Part shown: in pieces, positions 35,975-48,789 of the stretch
How the letters are laid out: each line of letters opens with the position of its first letter
Position numbering within the stretch: position 1 is the stretch's first letter
Assembly: GCF_963921235.1 (NCBI RefSeq)
Contig: NC_086097.1
Span: 76,572,001 to 76,636,000 of the forward strand
Direction: 5' to 3'
Origin: Mobula hypostoma
Taxonomy: Eukaryota
Length of the DNA: 64,000 nt
Program-made: the position numbers and the translations under genes
Notes under the pieces: model-generated
Told to the model about the DNA's origin: nothing
The model's database searches: none
The model's input: only the letters and a program-made list of their open reading frames with translations

Positions 35975-38510
35975 CAGTGCCTTGAAAAATTATTCAGCCC
36001 CTAACCGTTCGTTCACATACAGTAAATACCACAACCAGGGATTTTGATCAATTTAGGTGAGAATTTTTATTTGTGAATCACATGCTTCTTTATTCACAGT
36101 TGAGCCCCAAAAAACAGGTAAACCATTAAAACCCAAAAATTCAAAAATTGAAATATCAATGTCCAATAGTATCCATTCCGCTTTACTCAGTAGTTAGTTG
36201 AACCAACTCTTGAAGCTATTACAGCCAGTAGTCTTTTTAGATAAGTCTCTTATTAGCTTTAAACAATGTGATGGAGCAAGATTTGCCCATTCCTCCTTGC
36301 AAAACTGCTCAAGTTGTGACAGGTTAGTTGGGGAGTGAAGGTGGACAGCAATCCTGAGGTCTTGCCAGACATGTTCGATCAGATAAGTTCAGGACTCTGA
36401 CTGCACCACTCAAGGACATCAATTTTCTTCATTCGAAGGCCTTCCTTGGTTGCCCCGGCAGTGTGCTTTGGGTCATTGTCCTGCTGAAAGATAAACTTCC
36501 TCCCCAGTTTAAGTTTTCTGGCACAGGCCAACAGTTTTTATCCTGCTTCTCTCTGTATTTAGCAGCATTCACCTTCACATCAACCCTGACCAGATTTCCA
36601 ATCCCTGCTGCTGAGAAGCATCCCCATAGCATGATGCTACCTCCAGCGTACTTTACAGTAAAGATAGTTCTACATGGCTGATGCACAGTATTAGATTTAT
36701 GCCACATGTACTGCTTAGGGTTTGAGGTAAAAAAAAGTTCCACTTTAGGCTCATCTGACCATAAGACCTACTTCCACGTCTTTACATTATCGTCTAAGTG
36801 ATGATTTTGGAAGTCTTTATGAGCGAAGATATATTTTTTTAACCAGGGCTTCTTCCTTGCTACTCTTTCATAAATACCCTTTTCTGTGCAAGGCCTGAGA
36901 GGTTGTAGAGCCAGAAGACCATAAGACATAGGAGCAGAATTAGGCCACCTGGCCCATCAAGTCTGCTCCACCAGTCAATCATGGCTGATCATTTTTTTCT
37001 ATCTCCTCCTCAACCCCAGTTCCCAGCCTTCTCCCTGTAACCTTTGATGCCATGTCCAATCAAGAACCTATTAATCTCTACCTTAAATACACCAAATGAC
37101 CTGGCTTCCACAGCTGCATGTGGCAATAAATTCCACAAATTCACCCCCCTTGGCTAAAGAAATTTCTCCGCACCTCTGTTTTGAAAGGGTGCCCCTCTAT
37201 CCTGAGGCTGTGCCCTCTTGTCCTAGACTCTCCCACCATGGGAAAAATTCTTTCCACATCTACTTTGTCTAAGCATTTCAATATTCGAAAGGTTTCAATG
37301 AGATCCCCCCTCATCCTTCTGAATTCCAGCGAGTACAGACCCAGAGCTATCAAACGTTCCTTGCATGATAACCCTTTCATTCCTGGAATCATCTTTGTGA
37401 ACCTCCTCTGGATCCTCTCCAATGCCAGCACACCTCTTCTAAGATGAGGGGCCCAAAACTGTTCACAATACTCAAATGAGGCCTCACCAGTACCTTATAA
37501 AGCTTCAGCATCACATCCTTGCTCTTGTATTCTAGACCTCTTGAAATGAATGCTAACATGGTATTTGCCTTCCTCACCACCGATTCAACCTGCAAGTTAA
37601 CTTTCAGGGTGTCCTACACAAGGACACCCGAGTTCCTTTGCATCTCAGAGTTTTGGATTTTCTCCCCTTTCAGATAAGAGTCTACACATTTATTTCTACT
37701 ACCAAAGTACATGACCTTGCACTTACCAACATTGTATTTCAATTGCCACTTTTTTTAACCCATTCTCCTAATCTACGTCCTTCTGCATCCTTCCTGTTTC
37801 CTCAACACAACCTGCCCCTCCACCAAACTTTGTATCATCTGCAAACTTGGCAACAAAGCCATGTATTCCATCATTTAAATCATTTATATACAGCATAAAA
37901 AGAAGTGGTCCTAACACCGACCCCTGTGGAACACCACTAGTCACTGGCAGCCAACTGGAAAAGGATCCTTTTATTGCCACTCACTGCCTCCTACCAATCA
38001 GCCATGTAGTAACTTTCCTGTAATACCATGGGCTCTTAACTCAGTTGACAGCTTTATGTGTGGCAGCTTGTCAAAGGCCTTCTGAAAGTCCAAATATACA
38101 ACATCCACTGCATCCCCTTTATCTATCCTACTTGTAATCTCCTCAAAGAATTCCAACAGGCTTGTCAGGCAGGATTTTCCCTGAAGGAAACCATGCTGAC
38201 TTTGTGCTATCTTGTTCATGAACTTCATCTCCAGTTGCAGTCACTGACTTCTGCAGTTCACTTAGTGACTGTTGGTGTCACAGTAACCTCTCTTACAAGT
38301 GCCATTCCTCTCCAGTGACTAAGTTTAGAGGGGCAGTCTGACCTAGGCGGTGTAGCTGTGGTTTCATACTTTTTCACGATGGACTGCATTGAGCTCCGCG
38401 GTATGTTCTCTGCCTTTGAGATGGTCTTGTACCTTTCCCCAGTTTTGTACTTCTCTATTATGATTTCCCTGATTTGTCTTGAATGTTCTTTTGTCTTTAT
38501 TCTAATCAAC
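35975..38510 (-). mobile_element. Tc1-like DNA transposon, decayed, split by CR1
   Basis: TA|CAGTGCCTTGAAAAATTATTCAGCCCCT terminus; [20 protein letters not shown]-terminal HTH (KEHSRQIRE..YKTISKA.NIPRSS) at 38258-38500. Confidence 0.82.
36914..38215 (-). mobile_element. CR1 LINE, 5'-truncated
   Basis: [42 protein letters not shown]; short-repeat 3' tail near 36914-36935. Confidence 0.88.
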
Positions 38511-38544
38511 AAGCTCCAAAACTCTGTACCTCCCTTTGACTTTC

Positions 38545-39120
38545 TCTTTGGGTAGCTGCAGTCAGTGCGGATCAGAAATAATATTTCCACCTTGCTGACG
38601 GTCAACACTAGCACAGCTCAGGAGTGCATGCTTTGCCCACTGCTTTACTCTGTCTATTCTCTCTACACCCACGACTATGTGGCTAGGCACAGCTTAAACA
38701 AAATCTATAAATTTACAATTGCTGTTGGCCGAATTTCTGATGGTGACAAGGAGATGTAAAATAGTGAGATAGATCAGCTGGTTGAGTAGTGTTGCCACAA
38801 CAACCTTGCACACAATGCCACTCAATGAGGAATTGATTCTGGACTTCAGGAAGGGTAAGTCGAGAGAACACACACCATTCCTCATCGATGGATCAACAAT
38901 GGAAAGGGTGAGTAGTTTCAAGTTCCTGGGTGTCAACATCTCTGTCTCTGAAGATCTATCATGGGCCCAACATATTGATGCAATTAAAAAGTAGGAGTTT
39001 CAGAAAACTTGGTATGTCACTAAAGACTCTCGCAAATTTCTACAGCTTGCAAAACTGTCTGGTACGGAAAAGCCATCGGGGGGGAAAAAGGCTGCATAAG
39101 GTTGTAAACTCAGCCTGATT
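38545..39120 (+). mobile_element. Rex1-like LINE fragment
   Basis: ELILDFRK..ERVSSFKFLGVNIS.DLSW. Confidence 0.7.
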
Positions 39121-39339
39121 CTGATTCTGATCCTCCTCATGTTGAAATTCCTTGTATTTTGTCAACTCCACATTTCATTTACATTGGGAAATAATGACAT
39201 ATAGCATACTGTCGGCATGCAAGACACTCACTCTTTATGCAGTATGTCACAAGATCTATACAGTTCGTTATTGAGCATTACCACTATTGTCCCTACACAA
39301 TGATCTTTGGTTGATCCTCATATCCACTAGTACAGTTCA

Positions 39340-40440
39340 GTTCTCCTTTGTCGTTTAAAGAAAGGGGCTTCCCTTCCTCCACCGTCAACTCTGCTCTCAA
39401 ATGCACCTCTCCCATTTCACACACATCTGCTCTCATCTCATCCTCCTGCCACCCCACTAGGAATAAGGTTCCCCTTATCCTCACCTACCACCCCACCAGC
39501 CTCCGGGTCCAACATATAATTCTCTGTAACTTCTGCCACCTCCAACAGGATCCCACCACTAAGCACATCTCTCCCCCCCCCCCCCACCGGCTTTCTGCAG
39601 GGATCGCTCCCTGCGCGACTCCCTTGTCCATTCGTCCCCCCCATCCCTCCCCACTGATCTTCCTCCTGGCACTTATCCTTGTAAGCGGAACAAGTGCTAC
39701 ACATGCCCTTACACTTCCTCCCTTAACACCATTCAGGGCCCCAGACAGTTCTTCCTGGTGAGGCAACACTTCACCTGTGAGTCAGCTGGGGTGATATACT
39801 GTGTCCGGTGCTTCCGATGCGGCCTTCTATATATTGGAGAGACCCGACGCAGACTGAGAGACCATTTCGCTGAACACCTACACTCTGTCTGCCAGAGAAA
39901 GCAGGATCGCCCAGTGGCCACACATTTTAATTCCACATCCCATTCCCATTCTGATATGTCTATCCACGGCCTCCTCTACTGTAAAGATGAAGCCACACTC
40001 AGGTTGGAGGAACAACACCTTATATTCTGTCTGGGTAGCCTCCAACCTGATAGCATGAACATTGACTTCTCTAACTTCCGTTAATGCCCCACCTCCCCCT
40101 CGTACCCCATCCATTATTGCCCATACTCTGGGCTTCCCTCCCCTTTCTTTCTCCCTAGTCCTCCAGTCCCATGATCCTCTCATATCCCTTTTGCCAATCA
40201 ACTGTGCAACTCTTGGCTCCATCCCTCCCCCTCCTGTCTTCTCCTATCAGTTCGGATCTCCCCCTCCCCCTCTCACTTTCAAATCTCTTACTAGCTCTTC
40301 TGTCAGTTAGTCCTGACGAAAGGTCTCCGCCCGAAACGTTGACTGTATCTCTTCCTATAGATGCTGCCTGGCCTGCTGCGTTCACCAGCAACTTTTATGT
40401 GTGTTGCTTGAAATTCCAGCATCTGCAGATTTCCTCGTGT
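39340..40440 (+). mobile_element. Penelope-like element 3' part (GIY-YIG endonuclease plus terminal region)
   Basis: VPLILTYHP; GVIYCVRCFRCGLLYIGETRRRLRDHFAEH..VATHFN..E..LI..L.SL.P..MN; terminus ATCTGCAGATTTCCTCGTGT. Confidence 0.9.
40309..40344 (+). ncRNA. Minimal hammerhead ribozyme motif in the Penelope terminus
   Basis: AGTC-CTGACGA-AAGGTCTCCGCCC-GAAACGTT-GACT; stem II is partly mismatched. Confidence 0.6.
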
Positions 40441-40974
40441 GAAGCTGAACTCATGGTTGTTATAGAACTATTGTCCTTTCCTACAGACACCAGGTTTACT
40501 ACTTCTGCAGAGGAGGAAAGAGTGATTGGTGGACTTCTGCAAAATGCAAGATTGTTAGCAGGGCAGCATCCACAGAGCTATGTGGTGTGCTGCTAGTTAC
40601 TCATGAAGGGTATGGGTTAGTTTAAGTCACCTTTGAAGGGTGTGCATGTGATCAATGATGAGAAATCATTAATCTATTCAAGCTCTAAAATAACTTATAT
40701 TTGCTCTAGGTTGCTTATTGGAAAAAAATGATAAACTTGTTTTCTATGAAATAAACATGATGTGAGTCATTTCTTAATACACATAAATTGCAAACTAACT
40801 TGTATTATTAGTACACCTCAGACAGTCTGGAAGAAATCTGTATCTCAGCACCGGAATAGCCACACAATGTGTCAGACCTACCCATCAATAGATCAATGGG
40901 AGGCTGGTATGATTTTAACCTTAAGTTCACTTTCCTAATCAAACCTTAAGCAAAATTTGGGGAAAAGATTAGGG

Positions 40975-41140
40975 CAACACACATAAAATGCTGGAGGAAC
41001 TCAGCAGACCAGGCAACATCTATGGGGAAAAAAGTACAATTGACATTTTGGCCCGAAACATTGACTGTACTTTTTTCCATAGTGTGTTGTGTGTTCTATT
41101 GTGTGTTGTGCTTGAATTTTCAGCATCAGCAGACTTTTGT
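40975..41140. mobile_element. Short Penelope-end foldback remnant
   Basis: CTATGGGGAAAAAAGTACAAT..GCCCGAAACATTGACTGTACTTTTTTCCATAG, imperfect inverted arms. Confidence 0.6.
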
Positions 41141-41164
41141 CTGTGAAAAGATTAGGGAATGGTT

Positions 41165-41365
41165 TTAATGGTTTCCTCTGGCTGCTCCAATTTCCTCCCA
41201 CAGTCTAAAGACATACCAGTCTGTAGGTTAGTTGGTCATTGTAAATTGTCCCGTGATTAGGCCATGGTTAAATTGGGAGATTGTTGAGTGGGGTGGCTCA
41301 AAGGATCTATTCTGCACTGTATCTAAATAAACACATGAATGAAGGAATGAATAAATAAATAAATA
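41165..41365 (+). mobile_element. V-SINE/HE1-like SINE, 5'-truncated
   Basis: GGTTTCCTCTGG.TGCTCC..TTTCCTCCCACAGTC.AAAGAC core; (AAAT)n tail. Confidence 0.7.
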
Positions 41366-42399
41366 GTGGTAAAAGTCTCTGATGCCTTGTCTATGATTTA
41401 GAAAATATTCAGGAGGCCTCTTGCACATAAATCAAGTTCTCTTCAAAGGATCACTCCGTGAACAAGTCATGGTAAATTGTCATTTCTGTTCTCTATTTTA
41501 GTTGCTTCCCTGAATCATTCCGCATCCTAAGTTAAAAGGTAATGAGGTGAAAATTCCTCCTTGCTGAGATTAACATTGTATTTGACCAATGGCTACATCT
41601 GCACTTACCGAGGCAGAAACAAAATCTTTTGGAGCAGAACAGGGAGAAACAGAAAGATGAAAAATTAAATTATACAACTGTTATTTTTAAGATGGCAGTA
41701 TATCATTCTTCTGTGTAACTCATGCTATCAATTATAAAACAAATGGGTTTTGTTCCTTCCAGAAAATTGTCAAAAATACATTAAAATTAAGTGCAGATAA
41801 AAATAGAAAATACGGGAAACACGCAGCATATAAAGCATAAGCAGAGCTAATGTTTCAGATCAAGGACCTTGCCAATCATTCAGAACATCATTCTTCAATC
41901 TGAAATGCTAATCCTGTTTTTCTTTCCATGGCTGCTGTCTGACCTGAGTGTTTCCAATATTTTGTTTGAGATATCCAGCAGTTATTTTCATTTTCAAGAA
42001 CATGCTGCACAACGGGGATTGTAAACCACAAGAACATTATGTTAGCTTTATTTTTATTAAGTCAGCTGACGATGAATAATCCTTATATTCGGCTTCTTCA
42101 AATGCATCATTGTGATTTCATTTCTTCCAGTGATAGAAAATTGAAGCTGTAATGTTCCATAAATACCATTTTGTTTTTTTTTGTGGTGTCTGGAGTCTAC
42201 AGTGCTGTCTCAACAGCAAAGCTTTTCCAATATTACCAATTTGTTCATAGTGACTAGAAATAGTGGAAAATTAGCAAAAATGAAAATTCTGTAGTTTCTG
42301 TTTGCCATGAATGTATTTGAATTTCTTTATACAGTATATTCTCATGGTTTAGGCAAAAATCTGACAAAATTATAGAAAAGATCACGCTGTCCCTTTTAC

Positions 42400-45300
42400 A
42401 AACAAGAAAATCTGCAGATATTGAATATCCAAGCAACACACAAAATGCTGGAGGAACTCAGCAGGCCAGGCAGGATCTATAGAAAAGAGCAAACAATCAA
42501 TGTTTCGGTCAGAAACTCTTCATCAGGACTGGACAGAAAAGATGAGAAGTCAGAGTAAGAATGTAGAGGAGGGGAGGAAGAAATACAAGGTGAAAGGTGA
42601 AACCAGGGAGGGATGAAGTAAAGAGCTGGGAAGTCGATTGGTGAATGAGATAAAGAGCTGGAGAAGGGGGAATCTGATAGGAGAGGATAGAGGGCCGTGG
42701 AAGAAAGGGAAGGTTGAGGAGCATCAGAGGGAGGTGACGGGTAGGTGAGAAAATAAGAGAGGGAAATGGGAATGGTGAAGGAATGGCGGTTGGCATTACC
42801 GGAAATTCACAAAATTTATGTTCGTGCCATCAGGTAGGAGGCTACCCAGATGGAATATAAGGCATTGTTCCTCCAACATGAGTGTGGTTTCCTCATGACA
42901 GTAGAGGAGACCATGGACTGACATCTCAGAATGGGAATGGTAAATGGAATTAAAATGAGTGGCCACTGGGAGATCCCACTTTTTCTGGTGGATGGAGCAT
43001 GGGTGCTCGGTGAAGTGGTCTCCCAATCTACGTCAGATCTTACCAATATACAGGACACCGCACTGCGTACAGTAGATGACACTAATGGACTCACAGGTGA
43101 AGTGTCGCTTCACTTGGAAGGACTGTTTGAGGGTCTGAATGGTATTGAGGGAGGAGGTGTAGGGCCAGGTGTAGCACTTGTTCCGCTTGCTGGGTGCGAG
43201 ATCAGTGGGGAGGGACGAATGGACAAGGGAGTTGTGTATGGGGTGATCCCTGTGGAAAGCAGAAAGTGAGGGGAGGGAAAGATGTGCTTGATGGTGGTAC
43301 TCCATTGGAGATGGCGGAAGTTACAGAGTATTATGTGCTGGACGCGGAGGCTGGTGGGATGGTAGGCGAGGACAAGAGGTACCCTCTCCCTGGTGGGGTG
43401 CAGGGAGGATGGGGTAAGGGCAGACATGAAATAGGATAGATGTGGGTGACGGCAGCGTTGATGGTGGAGGTAGGAAAGCCTCTTTGAAGAAGGAGGACAT
43501 CTCCACAGTTCTGAAATGAAAAGCCTCATCCTGAGAGCAGATGTGGCAGAGATGGAAGAATTGAGAGAAGGGGATGGCATTTTTACAAGTAACAGGGTGA
43601 GAAGAGGTATAGTCATTAACTTAATAAAGCTCATCTTCAAAAATCTAAAAAGGAAGGTGGTATGGCCTTGCCTAATTTTCATTTATATTATTGGGCAGCC
43701 AATATTTGTTGTGTTATTTTTTGGTCTTTCTTCCATGATAAGTCTGATTGCCCAAAATGGGTGGCAATGGAGTTGAACTCTACTAAGAATCTTTCAATTT
43801 CTACACTTCTTGGTTCCTCACTTCCTTGTCATTTGCCTAGACTTACTGTTAATCCTCTTATCAGGCATACTTTAAGAATATGGGTTCAGTTCAGAAAATG
43901 TAATGGTCTTCATGGTTTTTCTCTCTCTAGCCCTATTTTACACAATCATCTTTTCCTACCTTCTATGCGGGATTCAACATTTTACAATTGGTATAGAAAG
44001 GGTATTAGGGGCTTGAAGATCTTTTTATAGGTAATCATTTTGCAACTTTTCAACAACTGTCTGTAAAGTTTACCTAATACTCATTTCTTTAGATACCTTC
44101 AAATTAGACGTTTCATTAACCCTTTGATATCAAACTTCGCTGAGATGCCTGAGGAAAAATGTTCTGGACTTGTTTCTTTGTATCAATCCATTGGGTAAAG
44201 GTTTAATATCTGCTATTCGGGATAAGTTAGTGATTTTGAGGCATGCCCCTTTCGATAAATTCAGAACTGCCTGGGAACAAGATCTAAATATCTCCTTATC
44301 TGATGCAGTTTGGGATTTAATTTTTAAGTCAGCCAACTCAACCTTTCTGTGTGCTCACCACGGCCTTTTGCAGTTTAAGGTTGTACACAGGACTCACATG
44401 TCTAAAACTAAATTATCGCAGTTTTACCCTGACATTCGTCCTGTCTGTGATAAGTGTAAAGGGGCTGAGGCTTCCCTTATTCATATGTATTGGACCTGTC
44501 CTAGTCTAGAGAAATTCTAGAGAGGAGTTTTTTTCAACCCTATCTCATATTCTTAATTGCCATTTAGAACAGAACACTCTGGTTGCTCTTTTTGGCACCT
44601 TGGGTGAAGTAAATATGCACTTGAGTCCGACTAAATGCCGAACATTATCTTTTGCCTCTCTCTCGGCTAGACGGTTGGTTCTTCTTAGGTGGAAAGATGC
44701 TGCCCCACCTACCCACTCTCAATGGCTTAGTGATATTATGGTCTGTTTAGACCTCAAAGATTAATTATTCACTTCTTAATTCGGACATTCATAAGGTGTG
44801 GGGACCTTTTCTTGGATATTTTCATAATTCTTCTTTAGGGTAAGTTTATCCTTTTTTTGCATGCTACAATCCCTTACTTTCAGCTTTTTTTTGTAAGTTA
44901 TACGTTTTTTTTGTTGTGAATTACATTATACTTTTGGTAGTCGGCATTATAATTTTTTCCTATATACATTTGCAGTTCTCTGGGGTTGAATGCTCTGATT
45001 AATTTTTTTCCCTTTTATATGCAGAAATGGTTGGCCTGGGATTTTTCTTTTTCAGTGGGAGGTTGGGGTGGATACTAATTTTACATAATTCTCTTTTGGG
45101 TGCTTTTTCTTATTGTTATGAATTGCCCATTGGATTTGTTTATTTTGCACTGTATAAATCTCCATTTTGTTGTTGGGTTTTCTCTCTGTAGTTTTCACTG
45201 TAGAAATGCATAAAAAATTAATTTTAAAAAATGGGAAAAAAAAGAGGTATAGTCCAGGTAGCTGTTACAAGTAACAGGATGGGAAGAGATATTGTTCAGG

Positions 45301-46050
45301 TAGCTGTTAAAAGTAACAGGTGGCAAGAGGTATGGCCCAGATAGATGTTACAAGTAACAACGTGGGAAGTGGGAGGTCTGTTGGAGTCATCTACGCTATC
45401 CAGCGCTCCCAGTGTGACTTCCTGTATATTGGTGAGACCTGATTTAGATTGGGAGACCACTCCGTAGAGTACCTATGCTCAATCTGCCAGAAAAAGCTGG
45501 ATCTCCCAGTGGCCACCCATTTTAAGTCTACTTTCTATTCCCATTCTGACATCAGTCCATGGCTTCCCCTCGTGCTGCAATGAGGCCACACTCAGGCTAG
45601 CGGAATAACACTTTATATTCCATCTGGGTAACCTGTAACCTGCTGACATGAACATTGATTTCTCAAACTTCTGGTAATGGCTGGTACCCCCACTCTCTTC
45701 CACCATTCCCCATTCCCATTTTCTTCTCTCACCCTATCACCTTACTTGCCCATCACTTCCCCTTCCCTTTCTTCCATAGCCTTCTGTCCTCTCCTATCAG
45801 ATTCCTCCTTCTACAGCCCTTTATCTCTTCCACCTATTCACTTCGCAGCTCTTTACTTCATCCCTCCCCCCTCCCTGTTTTACCTATCACCTACTATCTT
45901 GCAATACCTCCTCCTCTCTCCCCATCTTCTTACTCTGATGAATCATCTTTCTGTTCAGTCCTGATGAGGTGTCTTAGCTCTAAATGCTGACTGTACTCTT
46001 TTCCATAGATGCTGCCTGACCTGCTGAGCTCCTCCAGCATCTTGTGTGTG
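42400..46050. mobile_element. Penelope-like element with an inverted arrangement (minus copy 42400-45365, plus copy 45365-46050), split by L1
   Basis: GIY-YIG-region ORFs on both strands; both outer ends carry the terminal motif with CTGATGA hammerhead remnants (42495-42530 minus, 45957-45992 plus). Confidence 0.8.
43615..45241 (+). mobile_element. L1-clade LINE, 5'-truncated
   Basis: 13 bp TSD AAGAGGTATAGTC (43602-43614 / 45242-45254); GG.ALPNF.LYYWAANI; CDKC...ASLIHMYWTC; A-tail. Confidence 0.9.
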
Positions 46051-46164
46051 TTCCCTGTCCCTCTACTGTGTTTCTGTGACTATCACAAAAGGGGGAAGAA
46101 ATCCCTCATGAATTAATTGAAACTTCACTGGCATTTAAAATTTTAAGTTTTGAGATGTGATATA

Positions 46165-47755
46165 CAAGCGGTGATTGCTAAGTTCGTGGCCCAAGCTAGA
46201 AGGAGCCAATTTTAGAAAACCTAGCACATTTATTTTTCAACATAGTCCCCTCCTACATGTACACACTTAGTCCAGCGGTCGTGGAGCATACGGATCCCTT
46301 CTTTGTAGAAGTGGTCCACAGCAGGGGTGATGGATAAGTTTGTGGCCTAAGTCAGAAGGAGATGAGTTATTAACTTCAAATTTCCTGCAGTATCACTCAG
46401 AGTTGAACTGCACGTGCGTGTAATGAGAGCGTCTTGGACCTCCAGATGGTCCACAGCAGGAGTGATTGATAAGTTTGTGGCCTAAGGTAGAAGGAGGAGT
46501 TATACAGCTCTCGTTACATGCACGTGCAATTCAACTCTTTGAGTGAAAATGCAGAAAGTTTGAAGTTTCTCCTCATCTCCTTCAGGCCACAAACTTATCA
46601 ATCACCCCTGCTGTGGACCACTTCTGGAGATCCAAGACACCGACCTCTACAAAGAAGGGATCCGTATGCTGTTTACAATATATTAATGATTTAGATGAGG
46701 GAATTAAAAGTAACATTAGCAAATTTGCCGATGACACAAAGCTGGGTGGCAGTGTGAAATGTGAGGAGGATGTTATGAGAATGCAGGGTGACTTGGACAG
46801 GCTGGGTGAGTGGGCAGATGCATGGCAGATGCAGTTTAATGTGGATAAATGTGAGGTTATCCACTTTGGTGGTAAGAACAGGAAGGCAGATTATTATCTA
46901 AATGGAGTCAAGTTAGGAAAAGAAGAAGTACAACAAGATCTAAGTGTTCTTGTACATCAGTCACTGAAAGCAAGCATGCAAGTACAGCAGGCTGTGAAGA
47001 AAGCTAATGGCATGCTGGCCTTCATAACAAGAGGAATTGAGTATAAGAGCAAAGACGTCCTTCTGCAGCTGTACAGGGCCCTGGTGAGACCACACCTGGA
47101 GTACTGTGTGCAATTTTAGTCTCCAAATTTGAGGAAGGGCATTCTTGCTATTGAGGGAGTGCAGCGTAGGTTCACAAGGTTAATTCCCGGGATGGCGAGA
47201 CTGTCATATGTTGAAAGATTGGAGCGACTGGGCTTGTATACTCTGGAATTTAGAAGACTGAGAGGGGATCTTATTGAAACATGTAAGATTATTAAGGGAT
47301 TGGACACGCTGGAGGCAGGAAGCATGTTTCCACTGATGGGTGAGTCCAGAACCAGAGGCTACAGTTTAAGAATAAGAGGTAGACCATTTAGAACGGAGTT
47401 GGGGAAAAACTTTTTCACCCAGAGAGTGGTGGATGTATGGAATGCTCTGCCCCAGAAGGCTGTGGAGGCCAAGTCTCTGGATGCTTTTAAGAAAGAGATG
47501 GATAGAGCTCTTAAAAATAGCGGAATCAAAGGTTATGTGGATAAGGCAGGAACTGGATACTGATTGTGGATGATCAGCCATGATCACAGTGAATGGTGGT
47601 GCTGGCTCGAAGGGCCGAATGGCCTACTCCTGCACCTATTGTCTATTGTCCACGACCACTGGACTAAATGTGTAAATATAGGAAAAATAAATGTGCTATG
47701 TTTTCTAAAATTGACTTCTTCTACCTTAGGCCATGAACTTATCAATCACCCCTCG
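46165..47755. mobile_element. Mariner-type palindromic MITE with internal TIR copies, split by CR1
   Basis: TA-flanked TIRs (..GGTGATTG.TAAGTTCGTGGCC / GGCCATGAACTTATCAATCACCCCTCG). Further TIR-like copies at ~46324, ~46459 and ~46585. The left half mirrors the right half. Confidence 0.82.
46671..47649 (+). mobile_element. CR1 LINE, 5'-truncated, fairly young
   Basis: YINDLD..KFADDTKLGG..RPHLEYCVQF; (CTATTGT)n tail; no TSD at the precisely mappable junction. Confidence 0.9.
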
Positions 47756-48224
47756 TATTGCAAATACATGATTCTGATCAAACTTCAGATAAATTTAAAT
47801 ATAAGGAGCATCAAAAATGACAACCCCTATAAGGCAGTGGGGGGTGGGAAGCTAGCGTCAGAGGCAACGTAAAAGTTTGAACAGAAAATCTACTTCCCAT
47901 TATCAAGATTTTTTTTACTCCTTGCCCATTATTCATGACACAGAGTTGCCATTGCTGAATTTACTAGTGAGAACATTTAGATAGAAGAGTATGGAAAGTG
48001 AAAGCAGCTGTGCCAGTTTGAACAATCAACCACTACATCAGGTGCTAATTCAGTTTTCTAAAAAATGAAACCTATTTCAGTGTGCTTCTAGAAAAACTTC
48101 AGCCACAATGTCCTTTATTGAACACTAGCATTTATGTTCATGTACTGAAATGATTAGTTCTGCTTGAACTGATTGAATGAGCTCTGTTCACATACACAGA
48201 AAATCTCCCAATGCAGGAGATCCA

Positions 48225-48415
48225 AAGCAATGCACACAAAATGCTGGATGAGCTCAGCAGGCCAGGCAGCATCTATGGAAAAGAGTAAACTGTGGACGTT
48301 TTGGGCCGAAACCCTTCATCAGACCATGATGAAAGCGGTTCAGCATTTCCGAATGAGCTCTGTTTGGTTCAGTGGTGAAGGAGGAGGTTATTGAAGTTCT
48401 CCAGCATTTATGTTG
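48225..48415. mobile_element. Penelope-end remnant with hammerhead-like motif (48293-48325, minus)
   Basis: ACACAAAATGCTGGA..CAGCAGGCCAGGCAGCATCTATGG; minus strand CTGATGA-AGGGTTTCGGCCC-AAAACGTC. Confidence 0.6.
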
Positions 48416-48789
48416 GGAATCTGCTTTCTAATCTGCTCTGTTGATCCTGCACCAGGTGACATCTGATGTAGGTGAAGCCTGAAACAGCTCTGCTTAGCTC
48501 TGTCACAGTCTCAGCCAGTTAGCCAACTTCCCTGAAAATGGACATGGTTAATGTGTGGCATCAAAGTATTTTAGTGATGAATGTAGCCAAAGCCTGTACT
48601 CAGCAAAATCTGAGACAGTGTGTTTCCTTTCCTAATTACCTGGATTTACAACATGTGAAGAAGTCAAACAGTGTGTACGTTATAATCAGCTGAAGTGTTG
48701 AGATACAACACAACCTTATCAGATCCACGAGAAAGTCACAAAATGCTTCACTTTATGATCTATGCTCAGAGCAAGCAAAACTTATTTCA

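Noticed and set aside
41602..41665. Strong minus-strand donor TCG|GTAAGTG with a pyrimidine tract upstream
   Set aside because: It would define only a ~17 nt exon with a weak AAAAG acceptor and lies upstream of the candidate promoter; unsupported without transcripts.
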